A stretch of DNA of 64,000 nucleotides from Octopus sinensis. Lineage: Eukaryota. Every line of letters starts with the position of its first letter. Position 1 is the stretch's first letter. Location of the stretch: NCBI RefSeq assembly GCF_006345805.1, contig NC_042997.1, forward strand, positions 186,806,001-186,870,000, in the 5' to 3' direction. The position numbers and the translations under genes are program-made. This document shows, piece after piece, positions 12,970 through 25,083 of the stretch. Under the pieces are notes generated by a model, which saw only the letters and a list, made by a program, of their open reading frames with translations, made no database searches and was not told where the DNA came from.

Positions 12970-13169
12970 TTCATTCTTTCATTCTTTTACTTGTTTCAGT
13001 CATTTGACTGCAGCCATGCTGGAGCACTGCCTTGAACGGCTTTAGTCGAACAAATCGACCCCAGGACTTATTTCTTAAACCTAGTACTTATTTTATTGGT
13101 CTCTTTTGCTGAACTGCAAAATTACAGGGATGTAAACACACCAACGTGGAGGGACAAACACAGACACAA

Positions 13170-13170
<1 letters not shown>
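12970..13170 (-). mobile_element. SINE-A 3' half
   Basis: CTTTTACTTGTTTCAGTCATTTGACTGCAGCCATGCTGGAGC. Confidence 0.8.
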
Positions 13171-13211
<41 letters not shown>

Positions 13212-13595
13212 CGACCAACAGTCACTGCTACTACTGCTATTTCGGCCACTGGTCATTTTCATACTTACAGCCAACGAATCTAGTCAATGCACAAGACAGC
13301 CATTATGCTCCCCCCCTCCAACAAAACACCACCACGTGGACTCTATTGAGACTAGTAAGAAACAATTATGAACTTTTTTATTACACTTAACTTTTAAAAA
13401 TATTTTTCATAAGGTTTGTTTTTTCAAGAAGAACCAAAACATGTAAAATCTCTAAGAAATTAAAATTTAGCTTATATAGTGGCATTTTCAAACTTCTTTT
13501 TTATAAATATATATTTGTATATATAATTAGTTTTTTCGTAATGAGATAAAAAAAACCAAGGCTGTATAGATTTTAGAACATTTATAGATAGAAGG

Positions 13596-13641
13596 TCTTA
13601 CAGCTGTTTCCAGGATATTTATTATATCCCTTCATCAGAGA
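13596..13641 (-). ncRNA. Minimal type-I hammerhead ribozyme
   Basis: TCT-CTGATGA-AGGGATAT-AATAA-ATATCCTG-GAA-ACAGCTGT-A-AGA: intact core, 7-bp stem II, palindromic stem III, GUA cleavage triplet, 3-bp stem I. Confidence 0.75.
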
Positions 13642-14208
13642 GGGTGTGAGAGGATGGTTAAGTAATAGTTAATTTAGATTAGATACAAAATAGAGAGTGA
13701 AGTGGAGGAAAGAAAATAAATGTGAGATATGTAGGAATATTGTATTTGTAGATCCATTTTTTTTTTTAGGCAGAATTGTATGCATATAAGATTCCAATAC
13801 CTTATGAGTAAAATCCAATAGTATTTAAAATTGGTCATTCCAAGTATAGAGTTTATACACAGTGCTATTGAATCAAGGATTTTATTTAAAGTGACCTAAA
13901 AATAGGGAGTGTATAAGTAGGGTCAAATCGAAAACAGGAAGAGAGGAATAAAGAAAGAGAAAAAGAAAAGAAAAAAAAGAAAGGGCAAAAGAAGAGAGAA
14001 AGAAGAGAAAAAGAAGAGAAAAAGAAAGAGAAAGAAGAGGGATATAATATCCAGGCAGATACCAGATTTCTCTGAATAAAATGCCATGGCTAGTTACTTC
14101 AGATTGTGCATTTTTTGGTAAACTTCTTATAGTTCCCATTCGATGTTACAGTTTATTTCTTGGCTATTTAGAGTATAAAGTACAATATTAATAATAAGGA
14201 GAATGAAG

Positions 14209-14356
14209 AATTTGAACATTCAAACTTTATGTTTATTTCCAGTTAGTTTATCCATAATAATTATCTGACATGGATTTCGGTCGCATTAAACACGTGTCGG
14301 ACAATTATTATGAATAAACTAACTGGAAATAAAGAGAAAGTTTGAATGTTCAAATT
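14209..14356. repeat. 62-bp inverted repeat with a 24-nt loop
   Basis: Arms 14209-14270 and 14295-14356 are reverse complements with few mismatches. Confidence 0.9.
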
Positions 14357-14373
14357 TTCATTTCCATATAATC

Positions 14374-14416
<43 letters not shown>

Positions 14417-14571
14417 CACTGTGATACAGGCTATATTTTTTTAAATGTCTTACTTTGAAAAATTGCATTCGGTGGGATTAGTAATATTTTGGTAGAAATG
14501 ACTAATTCCCTCTTAGCTTTGGCATGTATGTATAATGCCTTCTGGCATGAGTTAATGCCCTCTATATAATT

Positions 14572-14622
<51 letters not shown>

Positions 14623-14639
14623 AATCAAATTCATTGACT

Positions 14640-15060
14640 GGAATCCGTGTTAGTGGGCACTAAGAGCACCATCGAGCGTGATCGTTGCCAGAGCACCGAC
14701 TGGCTTCATGCCGGTGGCACATAAAAAGCACATTCGAGCGTGATCGTTACCAGTGTCACTTACTGGCACGTGAAAAAACAGACGAATGAGATCGTTGTCA
14801 GTGCCGCTGGACTGGTTCCTCTGTAGGTGGCATGTAAAAAACACCATTTGAGCATGGCCGTTGCCAGTACTGCCAGTGGCACGTAAAAGCAACCACTACA
14901 GTCTTCGGAGTGGTTGGCGTTAGGAAGGGCATCAAGCTATAGAAACTCTGCCAAATCAGATTGGAGCCTGGTGCAGCCATCTAGTTCACCAGTCCTCACT
15001 CAAATCATCCAACCCATGCTAGCATGGAAAGCAGACGTTAAAACAATGATGATGATGATG

Positions 15061-15062
<2 letters not shown>
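14640..15062 (+). mobile_element. Family C (RTE 3' end) with internal tandem units and (GAT)n tail
   Basis: Repeated GGCACRTAAAAA units, GGAAGGGCATC core, CCAACCCATGCTAGC, (GAT)n. Confidence 0.8.
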
Positions 15063-15091
<29 letters not shown>

Positions 15092-15390
15092 GCTTCTTTC
15101 AGTTTCCATCTACCAGGTTCACTCACAAGACTTTGGTCAATCCGAGGTTATAGAAGACAGATGCCTAAGGTGCCACACTGGGACTGAACCTGGAACCATA
15201 CAGCCATACAATACCCATACACACACAAACACGCATAGATGTGCACTTGACATGCACACATACGGAAATGCATACGAGAGACATTCTACTGCAGCAAATA
15301 GAAGCCTCTAAAAATAGTTTCATCCCCAACCATGGTTAGCTGGTTCATTTGACTGGCTTGGCTGGTCGGCTGACAGGCTGGTCGGTGAGT

Positions 15391-15433
<43 letters not shown>

Positions 15434-15683
15434 TTGGTTGGTTGGTTGGTTGGCTTGTTGGTGGAATAGGTGTTACATGTGTGTGAGCGTATCTGTGCAT
15501 GTGCACGTATGGGTGGCGGGAGAGAAGGAGGAAGGGGAGGAGGTAACGGTACAATGGTGGCCTGGTTTGATGACTTGAACAGGTTGTCATTAGCGTTACA
15601 AACCAATACTGGTCGTATTTAATCAATATTATCAACAAATACAACAACGAAAGGTTAGCTAGTTACCAAAAATAAATAAACAA

Positions 15684-15734
<51 letters not shown>

Positions 15735-15764
15735 TGTATGTAATTATATATATATATATATATA

Positions 15765-15912
15765 CCAGAGTAAACACATAAATGTGAAACAAGGTGGAAA
15801 AAAGAGTACTCAAATACCAGTGGTAGAGTAATATGCTTTATTTAAAGCAGCAGAAAATTCAACAAACCTGTTACTCTGAGTTTCCCGTTGCCGTTCATCG
15901 GACAGTTTTTGC
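15765..15912 (-). mobile_element. Short element between (TA)n arrays carrying a degenerate hammerhead motif
   Basis: 15868-15905 on the minus strand reads CTGT-CCGATGA-ACGGCAACGG-GAAAC-TCAGA-GT-A-ACAG. Confidence 0.5.
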
Positions 15913-16010
15913 TATATATATATATATATGCATGTATGTATGTATATTTATACGTGTATATATATATAGATATATATATATAATATATATATATATATAT
16001 ACACACTATT

Positions 16011-16446
16011 TTACTCTTTTACTTGTTTCAGTCATTTGACAGTAGCTATGCTGGAGTACCGCCTTTAGCTGAGCAAATCGACCCCAGGACTTATTCTTTG
16101 TAAGCCTAGTACTTATTCTATCGATCTCTTTTGCCGAACTGCTAAGTTGCAGGGACATAAACACACTAGCATCGGTTGTCAAGCAATGGTGCGGGGACAA
16201 CCAGAGACACACAAACATGCACACACACACACACACACACACACAACACACACACACACACACACACAACATATATATACATATGAAGAGCTTCATTCAG
16301 TTTCCGTCTACCAAATCCACTCACAAGGCTTTGGTCGGCCCGAAGCTATAGTAGAAGACACTTGCCCAAGGTGCCACGCAGTGGGACTGAACCCAGAACC
16401 ATGTGGTTGGTAAGCAAGCTAGTTACCACACAGCCACTCCTGCACC
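16011..16446 (-). mobile_element. SINE-A, full length
   Basis: Complete head, central microsatellite and tail on the minus strand. Confidence 0.9.
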
Positions 16447-16644
16447 TATGTAAAATTATTTACTTATGTATGCATCTGAAAGATGAAATAATGACTGCAT
16501 CTTTCTCATTTTGTGGAATATACCGGCACTACAAAACGGTGTATCGCATTGCATATTTTAGCCATATTACCTAGAAAAACCAATGAGGACCCATCCCCCA
16601 CCAAAGGTATTTTTTGTGATTTAATATACCAAGGTAAGTATATA

Positions 16645-17065
16645 GGCGCAGGAGTGGCTGTGTGGTAAGTAGCTTGTTTACCAACCACATGGTTCCGGGT
16701 TCAGTCCCACTGCGTGGCACCTTGGGCAAGTGTCTTCTACTATAGCCTCGGGCCGACCAAAGCCTTGTGAGTGGATTTGGTAGACGGAAACTGAAAGAAG
16801 CCCGTCGTATATATGTATATATATATATATATGCGTGTGTGTGTTTGTGTGTCTGTGTTTGTCCCCCTAGCATTGCTTGATAACCGATGCTGGTGTGTTT
16901 ATGTCCCCGTTACTTAGCGGTTCGGCAAAAGAGACCGATAGAATAAGTACTGGGCTTACAAAAGAATAAGTCCCGGGGTCGAGTTGCTCGATTAAAGGTG
17001 GTGCTCCAGCATGGCCGCAGTCAAATGACTGAAACAAGTAAAAGAGTAAAGAGTAAAGAGTAAAG
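16645..17065 (+). mobile_element. SINE-A, full length, young
   Basis: GGCGCAGGAGTGGCTGTGTGG...GAGTAAA tandem tail. Confidence 0.92.
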
Positions 17066-17523
17066 TATCTTTAAGAGGTAAGTAAGACAAGATAGTATGA
17101 TCGTAGCCCATTATCGTTATAATGGTAACGAGGAATATAAGAAAATGAGCCATAACACCTCGAAAAATGATACAGGGACCATACCAAAGTTATTGATTGT
17201 GTATGTTTACGATGGTGTGTTACTAAACTCTCTGGTCTGAGTTTGGGTGAGCGAGCGTTGTATCAATAGCATTGAGGAATAATTTCTTCAGCCAGATTTT
17301 CAACCTTATTGCAAGCCTCACTGGTTCTTCCTCCCAACTTATTTGGATTCAAGACGTCAAACCAAAGAAAATGATCTACTAACCTCAAATATGGTTGGGG
17401 TGGCACTTACAACACTCTGTTACTAAACACCTTAACTGGAGACTTCCTATATTTAGGCATAATCTTCTATGTTGTAATTTCAAATTCTACCCAGGTTAAT
17501 AAAATAATGTAAACAGTCCAGTA

Positions 17524-17970
17524 TTGAGGCTGGAGGAACATGGCTTAGTGGTTAGGGTGTCGAACCATGATCGTAAGATTCTAGTTTCGATTCCTGGGCC
17601 TGGTAAATGCTTTGTGTTCTTGAGCAAAACACTTCATTTCATGTTACACCAGTCCACACAGCTGGCAAAAATTAGTAATTCTCTGACAGACCAGTGTTCT
17701 GTCCAAGTGGGGAACCTATACACCATGGAAACCAGAAAACCAGTTCTATGAATCTACATGAACTCGAGAAAGAACTTTATTAGTAGAGGCATGTGGCTTT
17801 GTGATTAGGGGTGTTGGATTCATGTTCGTATCATTGTGTTTCAATTCCTGGACTAGGTGACGCTTGGTGTTCTTGAGCAAAATATTTCAATTCACATTAC
17901 CCCAGTCCACTCATCTAGCAAAAATGAGTTACCCTGCAACAGACCAGCAACCCATCCAGGTGGGGAACAT
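17524..17970 (+). mobile_element. Two tandem old tRNA-SINE copies (SINE-D-related)
   Basis: TGGCTTAGTGGTTAGGG A-box-like and GTTTCGATTCC B-box-like motifs; TCTTGAGCAAAA...CCAGTCCAC occurs twice. Confidence 0.6.
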
Positions 17971-18356
17971 ATATGCCATGCACTAGTGTAGCTAGAGTGT
18001 GTGCTGCCTGGAGCAACCTTTCCATTTGCCACTCCCCAGACCCCACAAAAAACACATATCACCTACAGTATACCCAAAAGTGATGCCCCTTTAAAAGTGT
18101 CACCCAGGGGAAGACTCCCCCTATTTCCTCTCCTAAAAGGTTGGCTTTAATGTATCTATGTTAAAAATCAACAGCTCATGAAAGGAGTCACTCTACTTAT
18201 TCATCCACACTACTAGAAATAACAGTTAAATCTCCCTCAAATCATAACCAACCATCATCATTATTGTCTTCTTCCTTAGTATTTTTTTACATCTGTTTTC
18301 TATGCCGGCATGGGTCCAGTGGATTGACACAGGTTTCAAGTAGGTTTTTATTTAGA

Positions 18357-18595
18357 ATTAACCCTTTAGAATGCAGGTTACTCCGCTAAATGTAATGCTT
18401 ATTTATTCACATTGTTTTAAATTAATTTATCATGCATTATCTCATAGCTTCCAGATATCAGTTATATAATTGTTTATTTTAAGAATGTCAAAGGTATCAA
18501 AGGCTGGGCCTGCCCAGCTTGAACATAAAAACACTAGAATATTTGGGGCCCCACCCCGGATATGGCAGGGTGGGGTTTAAATGCTAAAAGGTTAA
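18357..18595. mobile_element. TTAA-ended MITE (family M2)
   Basis: TTAACCCTTTAG...CTAAAAGGTTAA; related copies at about 40471-40698 and 43070-43925. Confidence 0.7.
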
Positions 18596-18939
18596 GGAAG
18601 AAAAGGAATGTATTGGATACTGATGTTTCTAGATGTTTTGTTTGCCATAAGAAAGATAGGACACCTTTCAACAGATAGGATCAATCAGGGCACACCTGGA
18701 TGTAAGTAATGACAGCAACAGTGGTGACAATACCATCTCTAATTTCTCCCCTTCTTTTTCATAATCACATACACACACACATAGATATACACACATACAT
18801 GTGTGTGTGTCTGTGTGTGTATATATATATATATGTATATGTATATACACAGACATATACATGCTGATTATGTCATCTCTCTGTCATGTTTATCTGCCAT
18901 TGATCTCTGGTGGCAGAATAAGGAAAACCTTATTATTAT

Positions 18940-19097
18940 CTCTACCACCACCACCACCACCACCACTACCACCAGCACAACTACCACCACCACCATCATC
19001 ATCATCATCAACACCATCATCATTACTATTCCCTCCATTTCCAACATCATTATCATCATAGTCTCTACAACCACCACCACCACCACCACAACCTCAC

Positions 19098-19148
<51 letters not shown>

Positions 19149-19183
19149 TATCATCATCATCATCATCATCGTCATCATCATCG

Positions 19184-19217
<34 letters not shown>

Positions 19218-19262
19218 TATCATCATCATCATCATCATCATCATTATCATCATTATCATCAT
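18940..19262. repeat. (CAC)/(CAT) microsatellite
   Basis: Directly visible. Confidence 0.95.
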
Positions 19263-19512
19263 CCAAATTATATATTTTACTACCTTAACTTCTAGTTTTC
19301 CATCTCAGAAAACATATCGCTTACTTACCTTGCTTTTTTTTAAATTATTTTTATTTATATTTTTATTTTGGTTATTGTCATAATTTAAAAAATTTTTTGA
19401 TAAAATTCATTTTTTGGGGATTTTTTTTTTCTCCCCCTGATAATATTCAGTATTGAATTTAGTTCAATATTGTTCATTTGCATACACACAGACACACACA
19501 CACATGCACACT

Positions 19513-19552
<40 letters not shown>

Positions 19553-19949
19553 CATATGCACGATGCCGCCATCTTACGACCCCATCACCACACCACCACA
19601 CCACCACCACCGCCTATACCACCTTACTACACAAAGTCTTTCATACTTTACATGGCACCTTCTTCCTCCTCCTCCCTCTCCTTCCTTTCTTCTTAGCCAC
19701 TTCCTACTCTCACTCCCACTCCTGTTCTTTGTCTTCTTCTTTCTTCTTTTTCTTCTTCCCCTTATTCTTCCAATACCCCTCCCCCCACTCAGTTCAGCAT
19801 TCACTGCAGTTATTCTTGCCAAGGCAGTCAGTTCAATGATGGAGCGATGGCGCGCTGGAGCCGTCTGCCACACTTTCTAGCAGTAACGTTTTACAGAATA
19901 AACATAGGGTAAATATATATATGTATATATATATTGGTCGCAATGAAGG

Positions 19950-20700
19950 TAATGCTAGCAGTGGTGGTGGTGGTGGTGGTAGTGGTGGTGTCACCGGTGG
20001 TAGTGGTTATAGCGGTGGTGATGGTAGTGGTGGTGGTGGTGGTGGTGGTGGTAGTGGTGGTGGTGTGGTGGTGGTGGTGGTGGTGGTGGTGGTTGTGGTG
20101 GCGGCGGTGGTGGTTGTGGTGGTGGTGGTGGTGGTGGTAGCAGTGGTGGTGGTGGTTATAGCGGTGGTGATGGTAGTGGTGGTGGTTGTGTTGGTGGTAG
20201 TGGTGGTGGTGGTTGTGGTGGCGGTGGTGGTGGTGGTAGCAGTGGTGGTAGTGGTTATAGCGGTGGTGATGGTAGTGGTGGTGGTTGTGTTGGTGGTAGT
20301 GGTGGTGGTGGTGGTGGTGGTGGTGGTGGTGGTTGTGGTGGCGGCGGTGGTGGTTGTGGTGGCGGTGGTGGTGGTGGTGGTAGCAGTGGTGGTGGTGGTT
20401 ATAGCAGTGGTGATGGTAGTGGTGGTGGTTGTGTTGGTGGTAGTGGTGGTGGTGGTGAGAGTATCAATAGTATAAGTGGTGGTGGTGGTGGTGGTGGTGG
20501 TGGTGGCGGCAGCGTTGGTAGTAGTGGTGGTAGTAGTAGTAGTAGTAGTAGTAATTGATGTTACAATGGCCACTGCTAGCATCAGCAGCAGCAGCAGCAG
20601 TAAGTAGTAGTAATAGTAGTAGTAGTAGTAGTAATACCTGTAGCAGAAGAAACAGCAGTTGCAGCAGCAGCAGCAGCGATGACGTTGGTGGCGATGGTGG
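19950..20700. repeat. (GGT)-rich array with ~105-110-bp higher-order units
   Basis: GTTATAGCGGTGGTGATGGTAG recurs about 4 times. Confidence 0.9.
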
Positions 20701-20799
20701 CAGCGGCAGCCATGGGAAGAATTGGCAGCGCTTTTCTTTTTTAAGTGTGCCACCGCTAACGACGACGTCGCCCTTCATCATTCTCGCTTAGCGCCGTCG

Positions 20800-21282
20800 C
20801 CATCGCCGTCACCATCAGCCTCCCCCATCACCATCACCATCACCATCATCATCATCATCAACTGCAGCAGCACCAGCAGCATCCGCAATCATGATAGTGA
20901 TGGTGGTGGTGGTGGTGATGATGATGACGATTGTCGTCATCACCGTTGTTGCTCGCACGTCATCGTCGTCGTTGTCGTCGTCATCATGTTGCCGCTGTCA
21001 CCACCACCACCACCACCACCACCGTCATCAGCATCATCATCATCATCATCATCAGCATCAGCGTCATCGTCATCATCATCATTGTCGTCATCATCGACAC
21101 GAACAAGCAGCAGTTCTAACAGAACTCGCAGTGTCACAACTACCTGTGTCACGAGTAATATCGTCCTCATAACAACCATTGCTGCCGTCATCATCGTCAT
21201 CATCACTGTCATCATTGTCGTCATCGCCATCATCATCATCATAACAATAGCAGCAGATTTACCACCACCACCACCACCTCTG

Positions 21283-21317
<35 letters not shown>

Positions 21318-21988
21318 GTCGTCATCGCCAACATCACTGTCATCATTATCATCCTCATCAACGTCACCACCACCACCACCACCATCATCATCACCACCAT
21401 CACCACCTTCGTTTATCATCATCACTGTTGTTCCTGCCATCATCACCATCACTGTCAACACCATCACCACCACCACCAGCATCACCATCACTATCATCAT
21501 CATCAATCAACAGCAGCATCCCCATCCTCATCAACTTTGCTAACCATTATCACCGTTGCCATCGCCACCAGCCTCACCATCATCATCATCATCATCATCG
21601 TCATCATCATCATCATCACCACTGCTACCTGTCATCACCTCCAACACAAAGCCGTCCTCTCTACCACCACCGCCACCAGCTCCATCACCATCATCATCAC
21701 CAAAATCACGATAGCCAACACCACCACCACTACCACCATCACCACCATCACCACCACCATCACCATCATCATCATCATCACCATCAATGCTATAATCATA
21801 GCCACCACAATAACTCATCATCATGATCATTGTCCTCACCATTGTTAACCCTCACCATTATAATCATCATCATCATCATCACAATCATTTCCAACCATTG
21901 TCCTCACCATCATCACCATCATCACCATCACCACCATCATCATCATCATCATCATCACCATCATCACCACCATCATCATCACCACCAC

Positions 21989-22020
<32 letters not shown>

Positions 22021-22042
22021 CCATCATCACCACCATCATCAT

Positions 22043-22074
<32 letters not shown>

Positions 22075-22190
22075 TCATCGTCATCATCATCATCATCATC
22101 ATCATCATCACCACCACCACCACCACCACCAACATCAACAACATCAACAGCAGCTTCAGCATCACCAATACCGTTATCATTCCGATCATC
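20800..22190. repeat. (CAT)/(CAC) compound microsatellite
   Basis: Directly visible. Confidence 0.95.
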
Positions 22191-22269
22191 CTAAGTAGCG
22201 GCAGCGCCACCTTCAGCAACAGCTGCAGTATGTACAGTGTCACCTGACAGATGCTGTACCAGTAATACA

Positions 22270-22529
22270 GTATGTGTGTGTTCATGCGTGTGTTGTGTGT
22301 GTCTGTGTGTCTTTATACCTTATATCATTCAGTTGGACACTTATGTGTGTATGTGTGTGTGTTGTGTGTGTGTGTGTGTGCATGTGTGTATGTGTGTGTG
22401 TGCGTTTAGCATGGTTATACAGCAGTGAATTTGAAAGCATATGCTTGTGTGTGTGGTGTGTGTGTGTGTGTGTGTGTGTTTAGCATGGTTATACAGCAGT
22501 GAATTTGAAAGCATATGCTTGTGTGTGTG

Positions 22530-22571
<42 letters not shown>

Positions 22572-22946
22572 GCATGGTTATACAGCAGTGAATTTGAAAG
22601 CATATGCTTGTGTGTGTGTGTGTGTGTGTGTGTGATAGTAGGTCTTTTTATAACTGTGTGTGTGTATACATATGTACGTTTCAATATGTGAGTGTAGATG
22701 TTCGTAAGAGTGTATTTGTGTGTATGCATGTATGGGTTTGTATGTATGACTGTGTGCATATATATGTGTGTGTGTGTGTATAGACGTGTGTGTATGTGTC
22801 TATGTGCGTGCACATGTGTGTGTGTGTTTGTCATGTGTGTGAGAGTAGGTCTTTTTATGAGTGTGTGTGCACGTGTACACATAAGTGAATGTGGATGTTC
22901 ATAAAAGTGTATTTGCGTATACTTGTGGATGTGTATGTGAGTGTGT

Positions 22947-22986
<40 letters not shown>

Positions 22987-23065
22987 TTATACTGCAGAGA
23001 ACCTGCAAGTATTATACCTGCATGGCTATGTGTCTACATCTGTGTATGAATACAGATCTGTTCAC

Positions 23066-23099
<34 letters not shown>

Positions 23100-23411
23100 A
23101 TGTGTGTGTGTATGTGTGTGTGTGTGTATAGACGTGTGTGTATGTGTCTATGTGCGTGCACATGTGGTGTGTGTTTGTCATGTGTGTGAGAGTAGGTCTT
23201 TTTATGAGTGTGTGTGCACGGGTACACATAAGTGAATGTGGATGTTCATAAAAGTGTATTTGCGTATACTTGTGGATGTGTATGTGAGTGTGTGTGTGAG
23301 TGTGTGTGTGTGTGTGGTGTGTGTGTGTGTGGTTATACTGCAGAGAACCTGCAAGTATTATACCTGCATGGCTATGTGTCTACATCTGTGTATGAATACA
23401 GATCTGTTCAC

Positions 23412-23442
<31 letters not shown>

Positions 23443-23671
23443 CATGTGTGTGTGTATGTGTGTGTGTGTGTGTGTGTGTGCTTGTATATTGTATCATACT
23501 GCGGTGAAGCCAACAGTAGTATATGCTTGCATTTATGTGTGTATGTGTGTGCATGTGGTATCAACATGAGGATGTCTATGTGTTCACGCATGTGTGTATG
23601 CTTAAGAAAGTGTGTTAACAAAACGTGTGCATATGTATCAGGTATATGTGCATGTATGTATGTTTGTTTGA

Positions 23672-23714
<43 letters not shown>

Positions 23715-23770
23715 ATCACAAAAGACTGTTCATGTCAAATAATATTTATATGTATGTATGTGTACATGTA

Positions 23771-23832
<62 letters not shown>

Positions 23833-24085
23833 TGTATATGGATGTATGTATAAGTATATATGTACATTTTCACGTATGTATATATGTATCAGTATGTACA
23901 TATGTACGTACATGCATATATATGCATATATGTATGTATGTATGTATGTATGTGTATATAAGTATATATATATGTGAGTGTATGTATGTATATATGTGGT
24001 ATATATGATGTATGTACGTATACCTGAGTGACTATGGAAGTGTGTATGCATATGTATGACCACATGTATGTGAGAGTGACTGCTC
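22270..24085. repeat. (TG)n/(TATG)n region with embedded duplicated unique spacers
   Basis: TTAGCATGGTTATACAGCAGTGAATTTGAAAGC occurs three times; GGTTATACTGCAGAGAACCTGC occurs twice. Confidence 0.9.
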
Positions 24086-24365
24086 ACATTACACTATCTG
24101 TATGTATGCATGCATGTCCATGTAAGAATGTATATTCTTTTATTTCTTTCCCTTATTTGACTGTGGCCTTGCTGGAGCACTGCCTTTAGTCAAACAAATC
24201 GAACCCAGCACTTATTCTTTGCGAGCCTAGTACTTATTCTATCAGATTCTTTTGCCGAACCACTAAGGGGGGACAGACACACAAATACACACACACACAC
24301 ACACACATATATATACATACATACTTATACATATATATATATGTACATATGTATATATATGTATG

Positions 24366-24414
<49 letters not shown>

Positions 24415-24416
24415 AT

Positions 24417-24448
<32 letters not shown>

Positions 24449-24598
24449 TATAATATATATATATATATATAATATATATATTGTTATATTTCGAATGGTC
24501 ATATTGCCAGTTTAGCCAGAAAAAACACACGCACTATATATTTGGTGTTATTTTGCTTCAGTGATATTTATTTTTTACATTAATCTTAATCTTATTTC

Positions 24599-24643
24599 GG
24601 CCAAAGTTCTTTCGTCACACTCCTGTGACCGCATCAGTGGTCC
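24599..24643 (-). ncRNA. Hammerhead ribozyme-like motif (mirror copy)
   Basis: Reverse complement of 24832-24876. Confidence 0.55.
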
Positions 24644-24831
24644 TTTGTTTTCTTCTCACTTACTTGTGTCTCTCCTTACTACCGTCAGCCATTTTCGTCA
24701 CACTCCTTGACCGCATCAGTGGTCCTTTGTTTTCTTCTCACTTACTTGTGTCTCTCCTTACTAACCTTCAGCCATTTTATAAAATGGCTGACGGTTAGTA
24801 AGGAGAGACACAAGTAGTGAGAAGAAACAAA

Positions 24832-24876
24832 GGACCACTGATGCGGTCACAGGAGTGTGACGAAAGAACTTTGGCC
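24832..24876 (+). ncRNA. Hammerhead ribozyme-like motif (A9C core variant)
   Basis: GGACCA-CTGATGC-G-GTCAC-AGGAGT-GTGAC-GAA-AGAACT-T-TGGCC. Confidence 0.55.
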
Positions 24877-25047
24877 GAAATAAGATTAAGATTAATGTAA
24901 AAAATAAATATCACTGAAGCAAAATAACACCAAATATAGGTGCGTGTGTTTTTATTGCTAACTGGAATATGACCATTCCGAAATATAACAATATCTGTTT
25001 CAACACACGACTTCACATAAAAAATCTTGCACAACAAATATTTAAAC

Positions 25048-25083
<36 letters not shown>

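Larger units (their letters stand above)
13400..14365 (-). mobile_element. Decayed Penelope-like element (possible GIY-YIG C-terminal remnant plus hammerhead-bearing terminal repeat)
   Basis: Minus strand near 13770-13815 reads KVLESYMHTILP (cf. PLE GIY-YIG end RxILESxxI...PxLN); a hammerhead lies downstream on the same strand; 62-bp inverted repeat at the other end. Confidence 0.5.
24479..24993. mobile_element. Spacer-less palindromic Penelope-like terminal repeat pair with a hammerhead motif in each arm
   Basis: Centre GCCATTTT-AT-AAAATGGC at 24779/24780; arms nearly identical apart from an ~85-bp duplication in the left arm. Confidence 0.8.

Noticed and set aside
18803-22285. Long low-complexity ORFs (up to 273 aa)
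   Set aside because: Arise from CAT/CAC/GGT arrays that lack stops by composition.
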